From contig CAZHYN010000016.1 of NCBI GenBank assembly GCA_964536865.1, forward strand, positions 1 to 32,000: DNA of 32,000 bases, written 5' to 3'. Shown here piece after piece: positions 5,717 to 15,102 of this stretch. This DNA is from an uncultured Planctomycetia bacterium (lineage in GTDB: Bacteria; Omnitrophota; Gorgyraeia; Duberdicusellales; 4484-171). The number at the start of each line of letters is the position of its first letter. The stretch's first letter is position 1. Made by a program: the position numbers and the translations under genes. Under the pieces are notes generated by a model. It saw only the letters and a list, made by a program, of their open reading frames with translations, ran no database searches and was not told the origin of the DNA.

Positions 5717-6624
5717 TTGTTGATTTCATAAGAGTCCATCTTAAAGCAGGTAAAGGTGGTGGGGGTGGTTTCTCTTTTGCAAGATATAGGAATAAGTTAG
5801 TTGGCAATGGAGGTGATGGTGGTAAAGGAGGGGATATCATCTTCAAAGTGAATTTAAATCTTTATGATTTGAGTAAGTTTAAGTATAGAAGGAAATTTGT
5901 TGCTCAAGATGGAGAGAGAGGTTCCTCCTCTCTTAAAAAAGGTAAAGATGCACCACCACTTTTTATAGATGTTCCTCTGGGGACCCTGATAAAAGATACC
6001 CAGGGAAGAATAGTTGCTGATTTAGCTTCTTCTTCAGCAACTTTTCTAGCTGTGCGAGGAGGTAAACCAGGGAAAGGCAATTACAAAAGAAAAAGCGCTG
6101 AGGAGGGTAAAGAAGGTCAACAGAGAGAGTTAATTTTAGATTACAGAATACCTTCGGATATAGCGATATTAGGTTTCCCTAACGTAGGTAAGACTTCTCT
6201 GTTAAACTCCTTAAGCGGCAAGGAGTTTAAAGTAGGTGATTGGCCATTTACCACGGTGCATTGTCAATGGGGTGTTTGGGAATATAAGTTTAGGCAATTT
6301 ACCATTCTAGATACCCCTCCTTTAAAAAAGAAGTTAACCAGTGGTGAGGGAGAAGATTTCTTAAAACATCTATTTAGAGTAAAGCTTATTTTGATAGTTA
6401 CTGATAATTTTAAAGATGGTAAGAAAGAGGTAGAAGCTGTAAGAGAAAGGGTAGTTAAATTTGATTCTCGTTATAAAGATAAAAAATTTTTTTACTTGCT
6501 GAACAAAATTGATAAAATAAATAGAGATTTTAAAATGAGAGGATTTTTGCCCATCTCTGCTAAGAAAGGGTGGGGGATAGACAAATTAAAAGAAAGACTG
6601 TATGAAGCATTATCCGCTAACTAA
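5713..6624 (+). CDS. obg: Obg-family GTPase (short, divergent)
   Basis: Gly-rich Obg fold (KAGKGGGGG, GGDGGKGGDI, RGGKPGKGN). G1 is GFPNVGKTSLL, G2 is PFTT, G4 is LNKID. The GTG start overlaps the rplU stop by 4 nt. Confidence 0.85.
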   Translation: MIVDFIRVHLKAGKGGGGGFSFARYRNKLVGNGGDGGKGGDIIFKVNLNLYDLSKFKYRRKFVAQDGERGSSSLKKGKDAPPLFIDVPLGTLIKDTQGRIVADLASSSATFLAVRGGKPGKGNYKRKSAEEGKEGQQRELILDYRIPSDIAILGFPNVGKTSLLNSLSGKEFKVGDWPFTTVHCQWGVWEYKFRQFTILDTPPLKKKLTSGEGEDFLKHLFRVKLILIVTDNFKDGKKEVEAVRERVVKFDSRYKDKKFFYLLNKIDKINRDFKMRGFLPISAKKGWGIDKLKERLYEALSAN

Positions 6625-7672
6625 AAGGATAGTAATAAAGGTAGGTACTAGTGTATTGGCTCCCCAAGGAAAGATAGATTCTCGTCTAGTAAGTAACATA
6701 GTAAAAGAAATTGTAGACTTAGATAGAAAGAATGTAAAATCGGTACTGGTAAGTTCAGGAGCTATTGTTTCCGGAATGAGCCTATTAGGTTATAAAAATA
6801 GGCCTTCCGATATAAAGTTACTTCAGGCTTACGCTAGCTTAGGTCAGGTGGTTCTTATGAATGTTTATGCTCATAGATTTAAAAGACATAGGAAGCTATG
6901 TGCCCAGGTTCTTCTTACTTGGGATGATTTCAACGATAGAGTTCGATATCTAAATGCTCGGCATACTATAGAGAGACTTCTCAACTTAGGAATAGTTCCT
7001 ATTATTAATGAGAATGATGCTGTTTCTACCGAGGAGATTAAGTTTGGAGATAACGATACCTTAAGCGCTTTGGTAAGTGACCTAATTAGAGCGGAACTTT
7101 TACTCATTCTTTCTGATGTCGAAGGTCTTTTCTGTGGTAAAGAGGTGGTGAAAACAGTAGAGAATATTGATGATCAAATTATGAAGTTGATTAAAAAAAG
7201 AATTTCCCCTCTTACTGCAGGAGGTATGGGTAGCAAACTTAAAGCAGCTAAAATCGCTACTCAAGCAGGGATAAGAGTAATAATAGCTAACGGTAGAACC
7301 CCTAAAGTAATTTCTAAAGCAGTAAAAGGAAAGTCGATAGGCACCTTATTTTTACCTAAGAGAGAAATTGAAAGAGCAAAGAGACGGTGGATAGCTTTTG
7401 GTAAGAAAATTAAAGGTAAGCTTTATGTAGACGAAGGAGCAAAAGAAGCAATTCTTTATCGAGGGAAAAGTCTTCTTTCCTGTGGGATTGTTAAAGTTGA
7501 GGGAGAGTTTTCTAAGAAAGATGCAGTAGAAGTTTTAGATAGTCAAGGTAAAGTTTTGGGGTGTGGGTTAGTGGAGTATAACTCTACAGAGCTTATGCAG
7601 GCAAAAGGTAAGCATCTAGATAGAGAGGTTATCCATAGAGATAATTTTGTTAAGAGGGGGGTAAATTGGTGA
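6602..7672 (+). CDS. proB: Glutamate 5-kinase with C-terminal PUA domain
   Basis: IVIKVGTSVL, NENDAVSTEEIKFGDNDTLSA, GGMGSKL, and a PUA-like C-terminus (LYVDEGA...GKSLL..GI). Confidence 0.92.
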   Translation: MKHYPLTKRIVIKVGTSVLAPQGKIDSRLVSNIVKEIVDLDRKNVKSVLVSSGAIVSGMSLLGYKNRPSDIKLLQAYASLGQVVLMNVYAHRFKRHRKLCAQVLLTWDDFNDRVRYLNARHTIERLLNLGIVPIINENDAVSTEEIKFGDNDTLSALVSDLIRAELLLILSDVEGLFCGKEVVKTVENIDDQIMKLIKKRISPLTAGGMGSKLKAAKIATQAGIRVIIANGRTPKVISKAVKGKSIGTLFLPKREIERAKRRWIAFGKKIKGKLYVDEGAKEAILYRGKSLLSCGIVKVEGEFSKKDAVEVLDSQGKVLGCGLVEYNSTELMQAKGKHLDREVIHRDNFVKRGVNW

Positions 7673-8919
7673 AGGATTATGTAAGAAGAATAGTAAAAGA
7701 AGCAAAGAAAAACAGTTACTTACTATCTACCATTAGCTCAAAACTGAAAGACAAAGCTCTCCTTACCATGGCAAAGCTCTTATTGGAGAGTAAAGATTTT
7801 ATTCTTAAAGAAAATGAAAAAGATGTTCGCATTGCAAAGAGAAATGGGCTCAAGCAAAGTTTTATTGATCGCTTAACGCTTACGCCCAAACGATTGGAAG
7901 AGATGAGTGAGTCTTTAAAAGAACTTACTAACTTACCCGACCCTATAGGGAGAGTAATCGATGGTTGGAAGAGACCCAATGGTTTATTTGTCCAAAAAGT
8001 AAGGGTTCCTGTAGGAGTAATTCTTATAATCTATGAGGCAAGACCTAACGTCACTAGCGATTGTATAGGGTTATGTTTTAAATCATCCAATGTTGCTATT
8101 CTAAGAGGCGGAAAGGATGCTATAAATTCTAATAAAGCTATCTTTAAGGTTCTTCTTAAAGCAGTTAACTCATTAGGTATAGATTTTTCTCCTTTCTTTT
8201 TAATCCAAAGAACCGAACATAAAATCGTAGATTACCTTCTTAAGGAGAGTGCCTATATTGATTTAGTTATTCCCCGAGGTGGAGAAGCTCTGATTAGAAA
8301 AGTTACTCAAGATTCTTCAATTCCAGTTATAAAACATTACAAAGGTGTATGTCATATCTTTGTCGATGCCTTTGCTGATATAAGTAAGGCTTTAAAAGTA
8401 TGCCTTAATGCTAAAGTACAACGCCCTTCGGTTTGCAATGCAGTAGAAACAATCCTTGTCCATAAAAATGTAGCTAAAAAATTTCTACCTAAGTTAAAAA
8501 AAGAGCTAGATAAGTATAATGTTGAGATAAGAGGAGACTTTATGACTAAAAAGATTCTAAGAGGAATAAAGTTAGCTAAGGAGATTGATTGGTTCACAGA
8601 GTATTTAGATTTAGTAGTCTCAATAAAAGTAGTAGAAGATATTGATAAGGCAATAGAACATATAAATTTTTATGGCTCTCATCATACCGATGCTATTATT
8701 ACAGAAAATGTTAATAATGCCCGGAAATTCGTTGAGGAAGTAGATTCTGCTTGTTGTTTTGTTAATATTTCTACTCGCTTCAGTGACGGTTACCAATTTG
8801 GGTTAGGAGCAGAAATTGGTATCTCTACTGATAAACTCCATGCACGTGGACCTATGGGATTAGAAGAACTCACTACTTATAAGTACGTGGTATATGGGAA
8901 TGGCCAGATTCGAGAGTAA
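7666..8919 (+). CDS. proA: Gamma-glutamyl phosphate reductase
   Basis: PIGVILIIYEARPNVT, ILRGGK, IPRGG, CNAVETILVH, HHTDAIIT. Overlaps the proB end. Confidence 0.92.
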   Translation: MVKDYVRRIVKEAKKNSYLLSTISSKLKDKALLTMAKLLLESKDFILKENEKDVRIAKRNGLKQSFIDRLTLTPKRLEEMSESLKELTNLPDPIGRVIDGWKRPNGLFVQKVRVPVGVILIIYEARPNVTSDCIGLCFKSSNVAILRGGKDAINSNKAIFKVLLKAVNSLGIDFSPFFLIQRTEHKIVDYLLKESAYIDLVIPRGGEALIRKVTQDSSIPVIKHYKGVCHIFVDAFADISKALKVCLNAKVQRPSVCNAVETILVHKNVAKKFLPKLKKELDKYNVEIRGDFMTKKILRGIKLAKEIDWFTEYLDLVVSIKVVEDIDKAIEHINFYGSHHTDAIITENVNNARKFVEEVDSACCFVNISTRFSDGYQFGLGAEIGISTDKLHARGPMGLEELTTYKYVVYGNGQIRE

Positions 8920-9499
8920 GTTTAAGGTTAAAAAGGGAAAGAGAATAGGAATCTTAGGAGGAACATTTAACCCTCCTCATATTGGTCACATCATTTTGGC
9001 TCAAGAAGTTCTAGATAAGTTAAGCTTAGATAGAGTTCTTTTTGTTCCTACAAATATCCCTCCTCATAAAAATGCGAGCTTAATAGAAGCAAAGCATCGG
9101 CTAAAAATGGTTAGACTTTCTATAGAAGGTAATAAAAAATTTTCTCTCTTAGATTGGGAAATAAAAAGAGGTGGTGTCTCTTATACTGTGGATACCCTTC
9201 GAGAATTAAGAAATAATTTTTCTTCTTATGAATTTTACCTTATAATTGGCTCTGACTTAGCTAAAGATTTTAATACTTGGAAGGATTACCAAGAAATAAT
9301 GAAGATTGCTAAGGTGGTGGTGGGAAAGAGGAAGAAATTCCCTTGGGAAGACAATCGTAAGTTTATCCCGATAGATATTTTAGAGATAGATATTTCCTCT
9401 TCTTTGATAAGAGAATGGATTAAGAAAGGATGGTGTGTAAGATACCTTCTTCCTCCCAAAGTTTTTAATTATATAGTGAGAAGAAAACTCTATCTTTGA
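8894..9499 (+). CDS. nadD: Nicotinate-nucleotide adenylyltransferase
   Basis: IGILGGTFNPPHIGH (HxGH motif), SYTVDTL, ISSSLIR. Confidence 0.9.
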   Translation: MGMARFESKFKVKKGKRIGILGGTFNPPHIGHIILAQEVLDKLSLDRVLFVPTNIPPHKNASLIEAKHRLKMVRLSIEGNKKFSLLDWEIKRGGVSYTVDTLRELRNNFSSYEFYLIIGSDLAKDFNTWKDYQEIMKIAKVVVGKRKKFPWEDNRKFIPIDILEIDISSSLIREWIKKGWCVRYLLPPKVFNYIVRRKLYL

Positions 9500-9519
9500 T
9501 TACGAAAGAGGAGGTGACA

Positions 9520-9783
9520 ATGTCCCGGAAGATTGATTTAGAGGGGATGAGGAAAGAGATTAAAAAATTAATTTCTGAGATAGCGGAGGTTCCTCAAGAT
9601 CAGATAAAAGATGACGCGCGATTTGTTGAGGATTTAGGGATAGATAGTATGATGGCTTTAGAAATTATCGCTAGTATCGAGAAGAAATATAAGATTGTTA
9701 TTCCTGAAGAGAAAATTCCTACTATAAATAGCCTTAACGCTATCTACTCTTTGATAGAAGAGATTGGTACCAAAAAGAAGTGA
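9520..9783 (+). CDS. Acyl carrier protein
   Basis: FVEDLGIDSMMALEII carries the phosphopantetheine-Ser DS(L/M) motif. GAGGAGG lies 5 nt upstream of ATG 9520; the track ORF starts earlier at 9496. Confidence 0.85.
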   Translation: MSRKIDLEGMRKEIKKLISEIAEVPQDQIKDDARFVEDLGIDSMMALEIIASIEKKYKIVIPEEKIPTINSLNAIYSLIEEIGTKKK

Positions 9784-9966
9784 ATATTCAAGAGGAGAAG
9801 AGGCATTATAGGAGTTGTGAGAATATCTATTCTACCTAATCCAGAAATTTTCTTTGGGTAAGGACGAGGTATGTATAAGAGGGAGTTAAAGAAGGAAAGT
9901 ATCTTGAAAGGAGTAAGAAGTTTAAAGAGAGATTTTAAGTTTTCTTTTTAAGAAAAAGGGGGAGTA

Positions 9967-11358
9967 ATGATAAAATTTGGTACCGACGGCTGGCGAGCAG
10001 TTATCGGAGAGGATTTTACTTTTCACAATGTAAGAGTAGTTTCTCAAGCTGTTGCTGATTATCTTAAAAAGGAGATTAAGAAACCAAAAAAAGTTATAGT
10101 TGGTTACGATACAAGATTCCTTTCTAAGGAATTTGCCTTTGCTAGTGGGTTAACATTAGCAGGAAATGGGATAAGGGTAGATATCTCTAGAGAAAATATC
10201 CCTACTCCTGTAGTGAGTTTTAATGCGTGGTATAAGAATTATGATTTGGGGATCATGATTACTGCTTCGCACAATCCCTATAAATTTAATGGCTTGAAGA
10301 TAAAAACTAAAGATGGAGGAGCGGCGGATAAATCTTTAACTGGTGGAATAGAAAAATTCCTATATCGGAGTAAACCTAAGACAATTTCTTTAAGAGAGGC
10401 AGAGAGAAAGGGTATTCTAAGAGTGAAGGATTTTACTCTAAACTATAAAGATTTTCTTAAGAGTTTTTTTGACATCAAGAGAATAAGTAAGTTAAAACTT
10501 AAAATTCTAATCGATCTGATGTATGGCGCAGGCAACAGCTTTGCTCAGCAAGTAATTTCTCCCTCATCCTTAACGATAGATTACCTCCATAAGGAATTTA
10601 ATCCTTACTTTGGAGGGATTCACCCTGAACCTGTGGAGGATAACTTAAAGGAGTTAATTAGAAGAGTAAAAAAGGATGGTTACGATCTAGGAGTAGCTTT
10701 GGATGGCGATGCTGATAGAATTGCTTTGGTAGATAACAAAGGGAATTTCATAGATGCTCAATTAATCTTACCTCTTTTAGCAATTCATATGATAAAAAGT
10801 AGAAAAGAAATCGGAGGTATAGGTAAAACTGTGGTAGGAAGTAACCTAATAGATGAGGTAGCTTTATCTTTAGGAGTAAACTGCTTTGAAACCCCTGTAG
10901 GATTTAAGTTTATTTCTAATCTTTTTAAGGAGAATCTAATTTGTATAGGAGGAGAAGAAGCAGGAGGGATAGGTTTTAAAGGATATATTCCAGAAAGAGA
11001 TGGCACAGCTTCTCTCCTCATGATGTTAGAAATGATGGCTTATAAAGAGAAATCATTGTTTTCTTTAGTAAAAGAGCTTTCCAAGAAGTATGGAAAATGG
11101 TATTATACCCGAGTATCCGTATCATTAGGAAAGTTAGCTAAAAGTATGGAGAAGTTAAAGATACCTTCTAAGCTGTTAGGGAAAAGAGTTGAGAGAGTTA
11201 ATCGCCTGGATGGGATAAAACTTATTACTAAAGATAGCTGGCTTATGTTCAGGAAATCAGGAACTGAACCGATAGTAAGAATTTATGCTGAGGCAAAGAC
11301 TAAAGAAGAAAGAGATAGATTAATAAGATTAGGTGAATATCTAATCCATGCTCTATAG
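9967..11358 (+). CDS. Phosphohexomutase (phosphoglucomutase/phosphomannomutase family)
   Basis: Active-site TASHNP, Mg loop ALDGDADR, sugar loop GGEEAGG, and C-terminal RKSGTEP. Confidence 0.9.
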   Translation: MIKFGTDGWRAVIGEDFTFHNVRVVSQAVADYLKKEIKKPKKVIVGYDTRFLSKEFAFASGLTLAGNGIRVDISRENIPTPVVSFNAWYKNYDLGIMITASHNPYKFNGLKIKTKDGGAADKSLTGGIEKFLYRSKPKTISLREAERKGILRVKDFTLNYKDFLKSFFDIKRISKLKLKILIDLMYGAGNSFAQQVISPSSLTIDYLHKEFNPYFGGIHPEPVEDNLKELIRRVKKDGYDLGVALDGDADRIALVDNKGNFIDAQLILPLLAIHMIKSRKEIGGIGKTVVGSNLIDEVALSLGVNCFETPVGFKFISNLFKENLICIGGEEAGGIGFKGYIPERDGTASLLMMLEMMAYKEKSLFSLVKELSKKYGKWYYTRVSVSLGKLAKSMEKLKIPSKLLGKRVERVNRLDGIKLITKDSWLMFRKSGTEPIVRIYAEAKTKEERDRLIRLGEYLIHAL

Positions 11359-11914
11359 GATACTTAGGCCGTTAGCCATTCTATTGTTTAAGCTATTCTT
11401 TCGTATAGAGGTAGAGGGCAAAGACAAAGTTCCTAAAGAGGGGGGGTTTATTTTGGCTTCTAATCATTTAAGTTTCTTAGACCCCGTAGTGTTAGGTTTA
11501 GCATCCCCTCGGAGGTTATATTTTTTAGCAAGGAATGATCTCTTTACCAATAAGTTATTTTCTTCTCTTATAAAAAAACTAGGTGCTGTGCCTTTAAAGA
11601 GAGAAAAGCCTGATATAACTGCTATGCGCACTGCTCTAAAAATTATTAAGAATAATTGTCCTTTGGTTATTTTTCCCCAAGGTACAAGAGGACAACTTAT
11701 GAGAAGTAAGCCAGGGGTAGGATTTCTGTTTAAAAGAACACATGTTCCTATAATTACAGCAAAAATATACGGGACGGATAGGGCTCTACCGAAAGGAGCA
11801 AGGATGATAAGATTCAAAAAGATAAAAGTTTTCTTCGATAGAATAGATAATTTAGAGGAGGAAGATGATTATCGGAAGGTCTCTCTTAAAGTCTTAGAAA
11901 AGATAAAAGTTTAG
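11348..11914 (+). CDS. plsC: 1-acyl-sn-glycerol-3-phosphate acyltransferase
   Basis: ASNHLSFLDP (NHxxxxD) and FPQGTR (FPEGTR block). Confidence 0.88.
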   Translation: MLYRILRPLAILLFKLFFRIEVEGKDKVPKEGGFILASNHLSFLDPVVLGLASPRRLYFLARNDLFTNKLFSSLIKKLGAVPLKREKPDITAMRTALKIIKNNCPLVIFPQGTRGQLMRSKPGVGFLFKRTHVPIITAKIYGTDRALPKGARMIRFKKIKVFFDRIDNLEEEDDYRKVSLKVLEKIKV

Positions 11915-11921
11915 TTTTTCA

Positions 11922-11950
11922 TTGACAAACAATGTTAATTAGGAGATAAT
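11922..11950 (+). promoter_or_regulatory. Sigma70-like promoter upstream of rpsA (TTGACA-17-GATAAT)
   Basis: ttgaca at 11922-11927 and gataat at 11945-11950, 28 nt before ATG 11978. Confidence 0.5.
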
Positions 11951-11977
11951 TTTAGAAATTTTCTGCGAAGGAGGGAG

Positions 11978-13543
11978 ATGAGTGTGGAAGGAAAATCATT
12001 AGAATTAGAGAATGCTTACTTTGGTTCGATTAGAGAGCTTAAAGAAGGAGAGATTGTAGAGGGGAGGATTGTTGCTTTAACTCCTAGAGAAGTTATAGTA
12101 GATGTGGGGTATAAATCTGAAGGTATAATACTTCGTGAAGAGTTTGATGACATTAAAGATTTAGAAAGATTAGAGAAAGTAGAGGTTTACGTAGATAGTG
12201 TGGAAGATGAAGAGGGTAAAGTTGTTCTTTCTTATAGAAAGGCAAAAGAGGCCCGGGGCTGGGAAAAGCTTTTGAAAGACTACCAAGAAGGAGACCTTGT
12301 GGAAGGAGTAGTATCTAGGAGAGTAAAAGGTGGTTACATCGTGAATGTTTTTGGTATAGATGGGTTTTTACCTCAAAGTCTTTCTGCTTTTCGAGGAAAA
12401 GAAGATGAAATAATTGGTGAGAAGTTCTATTTTCAGATAATTAAATTGAGTAAGTCAAAGAGTAACCTTATTCTTTCTCGCAAAGATGCCTTAAGAATAG
12501 AAAGAGAGATAGCGAGAAAAAAACTATGGGATACTCTTAAAGTAGGTCAGGTATATAAGGGTAAGGTGAAGAGTATTACTAACTTTGGAGCGTTTATAGA
12601 TCTGGGAGGGGTGGATGGACTTCTGCATATTGCTGATATGAGCTGGAAAAAGATTTCTCACCCTAGCGAAGTGGTAGCAGTGGGAGATGAGATTCAAGTA
12701 ATAGTTTTGGATTTCGACCGTCAAAAAGGCAAGATTTCCTTAGGGCTTAAACAAACTATGCCCGACCCTTGGTTAGAAATTGAGAAAAAGTACCCTGTAG
12801 GTTCCATAGTAAAAGGTAAAATTGTGAATATTCAAAACTACGGTATTTTCGTAGAGCTAGAGAAAGGTATTGAGGGACTTGTTCATATTAGTGAGATTTC
12901 TTGGACAAAAAAGTTTATTAATCTTAATGAGACTTTTGCTATAGGAGATGTTATAGAAGTAAAAGTGATAGGCGTGGATTCTTCTAATAGGAAGATTTCT
13001 TTAAGTATAAGACAACTAGAGAGAGATCCTTGGGAGGAGATTGAGAATCTTGTTACTATTGATTCCCAAATGAAAGGAAGAGTTACTGGGTTTGCTGAGG
13101 GTTGCGCTTACATAGAGTTAGAAAATGGCTTAGAAGGTATAATATATAATGAAGACCTTTCTTGGACTAGACGATTCTTGAAGGCAAATGAAGTGTTAAA
13201 GAAAGGACATACCTACGATTTTAAAGTGTTAGGGTTGGATAGAAGTAATCGAAGGGTAATTTTGGGAAGAAAGCAGTTAACTTCAGACCCTTGGCCACAA
13301 ATTTTACAACGTTATCCCTTAGGTAAGGTAGTAGAGGCAGAAGTAGTTAAAGTTACTAATTTTGGGGTATTCGTTAAGCTAGAGGAGGAATTAGAGGGGT
13401 TGGTTTTTTCTGGAGAAATTGATAGGGAGAGGATGAATTCTCTTAATCCCCAAGATAAACTTAAAGTTAAGGTAATAAAGATAGACCCTGCCTCAGCTAA
13501 AATTGGCCTTTCTGCCAAAGTAGATGAAGAGAAAAATAGCTGA
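11978..13543 (+). CDS. rpsA: 30S ribosomal protein S1 (six S1 domains)
   Basis: Repeated G.V..G.V......G.F(V/I).L..(G/E)..G(L/F)(V/L)H.S(E/D) units, six times. Confidence 0.93.
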   Translation: MSVEGKSLELENAYFGSIRELKEGEIVEGRIVALTPREVIVDVGYKSEGIILREEFDDIKDLERLEKVEVYVDSVEDEEGKVVLSYRKAKEARGWEKLLKDYQEGDLVEGVVSRRVKGGYIVNVFGIDGFLPQSLSAFRGKEDEIIGEKFYFQIIKLSKSKSNLILSRKDALRIEREIARKKLWDTLKVGQVYKGKVKSITNFGAFIDLGGVDGLLHIADMSWKKISHPSEVVAVGDEIQVIVLDFDRQKGKISLGLKQTMPDPWLEIEKKYPVGSIVKGKIVNIQNYGIFVELEKGIEGLVHISEISWTKKFINLNETFAIGDVIEVKVIGVDSSNRKISLSIRQLERDPWEEIENLVTIDSQMKGRVTGFAEGCAYIELENGLEGIIYNEDLSWTRRFLKANEVLKKGHTYDFKVLGLDRSNRRVILGRKQLTSDPWPQILQRYPLGKVVEAEVVKVTNFGVFVKLEEELEGLVFSGEIDRERMNSLNPQDKLKVKVIKIDPASAKIGLSAKVDEEKNS

Positions 13544-14735
13544 GCACCTCAAAATTATAAGAGAGGATGCTGTAGATTTAATCTCTGAAGAGGAATTAGT
13601 AAAAAAAGTTACTTATTCAATTAAATTTCAAAATCCCTTAAGGTTGAAGATTGGTTTTGACCCCACTGCCAAAGATTTACATTTAGGTCACACTGTCCTT
13701 TTAAAGAAGTTAAGAAAACTTCAAGACTTAGGCCACCACGTTTACTTTATTGTAGGAGATTTTACTGCCCAGATAGGGGATCCTTCGGGAAGAAAAGAGT
13801 TAAGACCTGTTCTTACTATTAAGGAGATAAGAGAAAATGCTAAGACTTATACTGAACAGGCATTCAAAATTCTCCAGCGTAGAAGGACTAAAGTAATATT
13901 TAATAGCAGTTGGTATAGAAACTTAAACTTATCTCAATTTCTTCCTCTTCTTTCCTCTTATACAGTGGCGAGGATGTTAGAGAGAGATGATTTTTCTCAA
14001 AGGTTAAAAGAGAATAGACCTCTTTCCATTTTAGAATTTATTTATCCTCTTATTCAGGGTTATGATTCAGTAAAGATAAAAGCAGATATAGAGTTTGGGG
14101 GGACAGATCAGAAGTTTAATTTGATCGTAGGAAGACATATTCAGGAGTCTATGGGTCAGAATCCTCAGATAGTGGTAACTATGCCTCTCCTAGTGGGTCT
14201 AGATGGCAAAAGTAAGATGTCTAAGTCATTAGGTAACTATGTAGGGATAACCGAGGAGCCTTTTCAGATGTTTGGGAAGCTAATGAGTATTTCCGATCTC
14301 ACTATGTGGGAATATTTCAGACTTCTAACCGATCTTGATATAGAAAAAATAAAGAATATGCATCCTAAAGAAGCTAAGCTCCTTTTAGCAGAAAAGATTG
14401 TCTCTGAGTACCATTCTCCTTTAGTAGCTAAGAGAACTAAGGATGAGTTTGAGAGAATTTTTTCCCGCAGAGAGACTCCCAGAGATTTACCAACATTTAC
14501 TGTTTCCGAAAAAAAAGTAGATTTAGTAGAACTTCTTTATAACAGCAAACTAGTTTCTTCACGTAATCAGGCACGTCGTCTCCTTCTGCAAAAGGGGATA
14601 AGGGAGAAAGAAAAAGATGCACCCTTGGAAGATAGAATATTAGCGATCCCCCCCCAAGGTTTAATCTTAAAAGTAGGAAAGAGGAAATTCTTAAAAGTAG
14701 TATACAAAGGAGAAGATAAAAATGAAGGAAGATAG
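13524..14735 (+). CDS. tyrS: Tyrosyl-tRNA synthetase
   Basis: HLGH (DLHLGHTV), GDPSGR, KMSKS, and a C-terminal S4-like domain (SRNQARRLLLQKGI). Confidence 0.93.
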   Translation: MKRKIAEHLKIIREDAVDLISEEELVKKVTYSIKFQNPLRLKIGFDPTAKDLHLGHTVLLKKLRKLQDLGHHVYFIVGDFTAQIGDPSGRKELRPVLTIKEIRENAKTYTEQAFKILQRRRTKVIFNSSWYRNLNLSQFLPLLSSYTVARMLERDDFSQRLKENRPLSILEFIYPLIQGYDSVKIKADIEFGGTDQKFNLIVGRHIQESMGQNPQIVVTMPLLVGLDGKSKMSKSLGNYVGITEEPFQMFGKLMSISDLTMWEYFRLLTDLDIEKIKNMHPKEAKLLLAEKIVSEYHSPLVAKRTKDEFERIFSRRETPRDLPTFTVSEKKVDLVELLYNSKLVSSRNQARRLLLQKGIREKEKDAPLEDRILAIPPQGLILKVGKRKFLKVVYKGEDKNEGR

Positions 14736-15027
14736 GCGTATTTTTCATCGCATTAAAAAGGAACTACCTTTGAAAGTTAAATTTTTAGACTATCTTATTG
14801 ATGGAAGAAGTTATGACTTGAGTGCAAAGGGAATAGGGATAGTTTTAAATAGGTCTCTCCCTTACAAAGAGAGAGTGGATTTATTTATCTCCTCTCCTAC
14901 GATAGGGAGAGATTTGGGTTTGGAAGGATGTGTGATTTGGTGTAAGAAGTTAGACAGAGATTGCTGGCGAATAGGGATGGAGATCGATAACCTTCAACTC
15001 CTTCTTTTCTCTAAGTTATTAGGTTAG
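14722..15027 (+). CDS. PilZ-domain protein (c-di-GMP receptor)
   Basis: RRIFHR (RxxxR) and DLSAKGIG (D/NxSxxG). Overlaps the tyrS end by 14 nt. Confidence 0.75.
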   Translation: MKEDRRIFHRIKKELPLKVKFLDYLIDGRSYDLSAKGIGIVLNRSLPYKERVDLFISSPTIGRDLGLEGCVIWCKKLDRDCWRIGMEIDNLQLLLFSKLLG

Positions 15028-15049
15028 ATTAACTCACTTAGAGATCTTA

Positions 15050-15078
15050 TTGCAAATTAATGCAAAATATGTTAAATT
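15050..15078 (+). promoter_or_regulatory. Candidate promoter for the ABC/glycan locus (TTGCAA-17-TAAATT)
   Basis: ttgcaa at 15050-15055 and taaatt at 15073-15078. A tgcaaa(t)t motif is repeated at 15051 and 15061. Confidence 0.35.
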
Positions 15079-15102
15079 AAACTCCCTATAAGGAGGTAAG
15101 TT

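Noticed and set aside
9871-9951. 26-aa ORF (MYKRELKKESILKGVRSLKRDFKFSF) in the ACP-PGM spacer
   Set aside because: It has only a weak RBS-like purine run and a Lys-rich low-complexity sequence. Nothing distinguishes it from chance in purine-rich AT-rich DNA.
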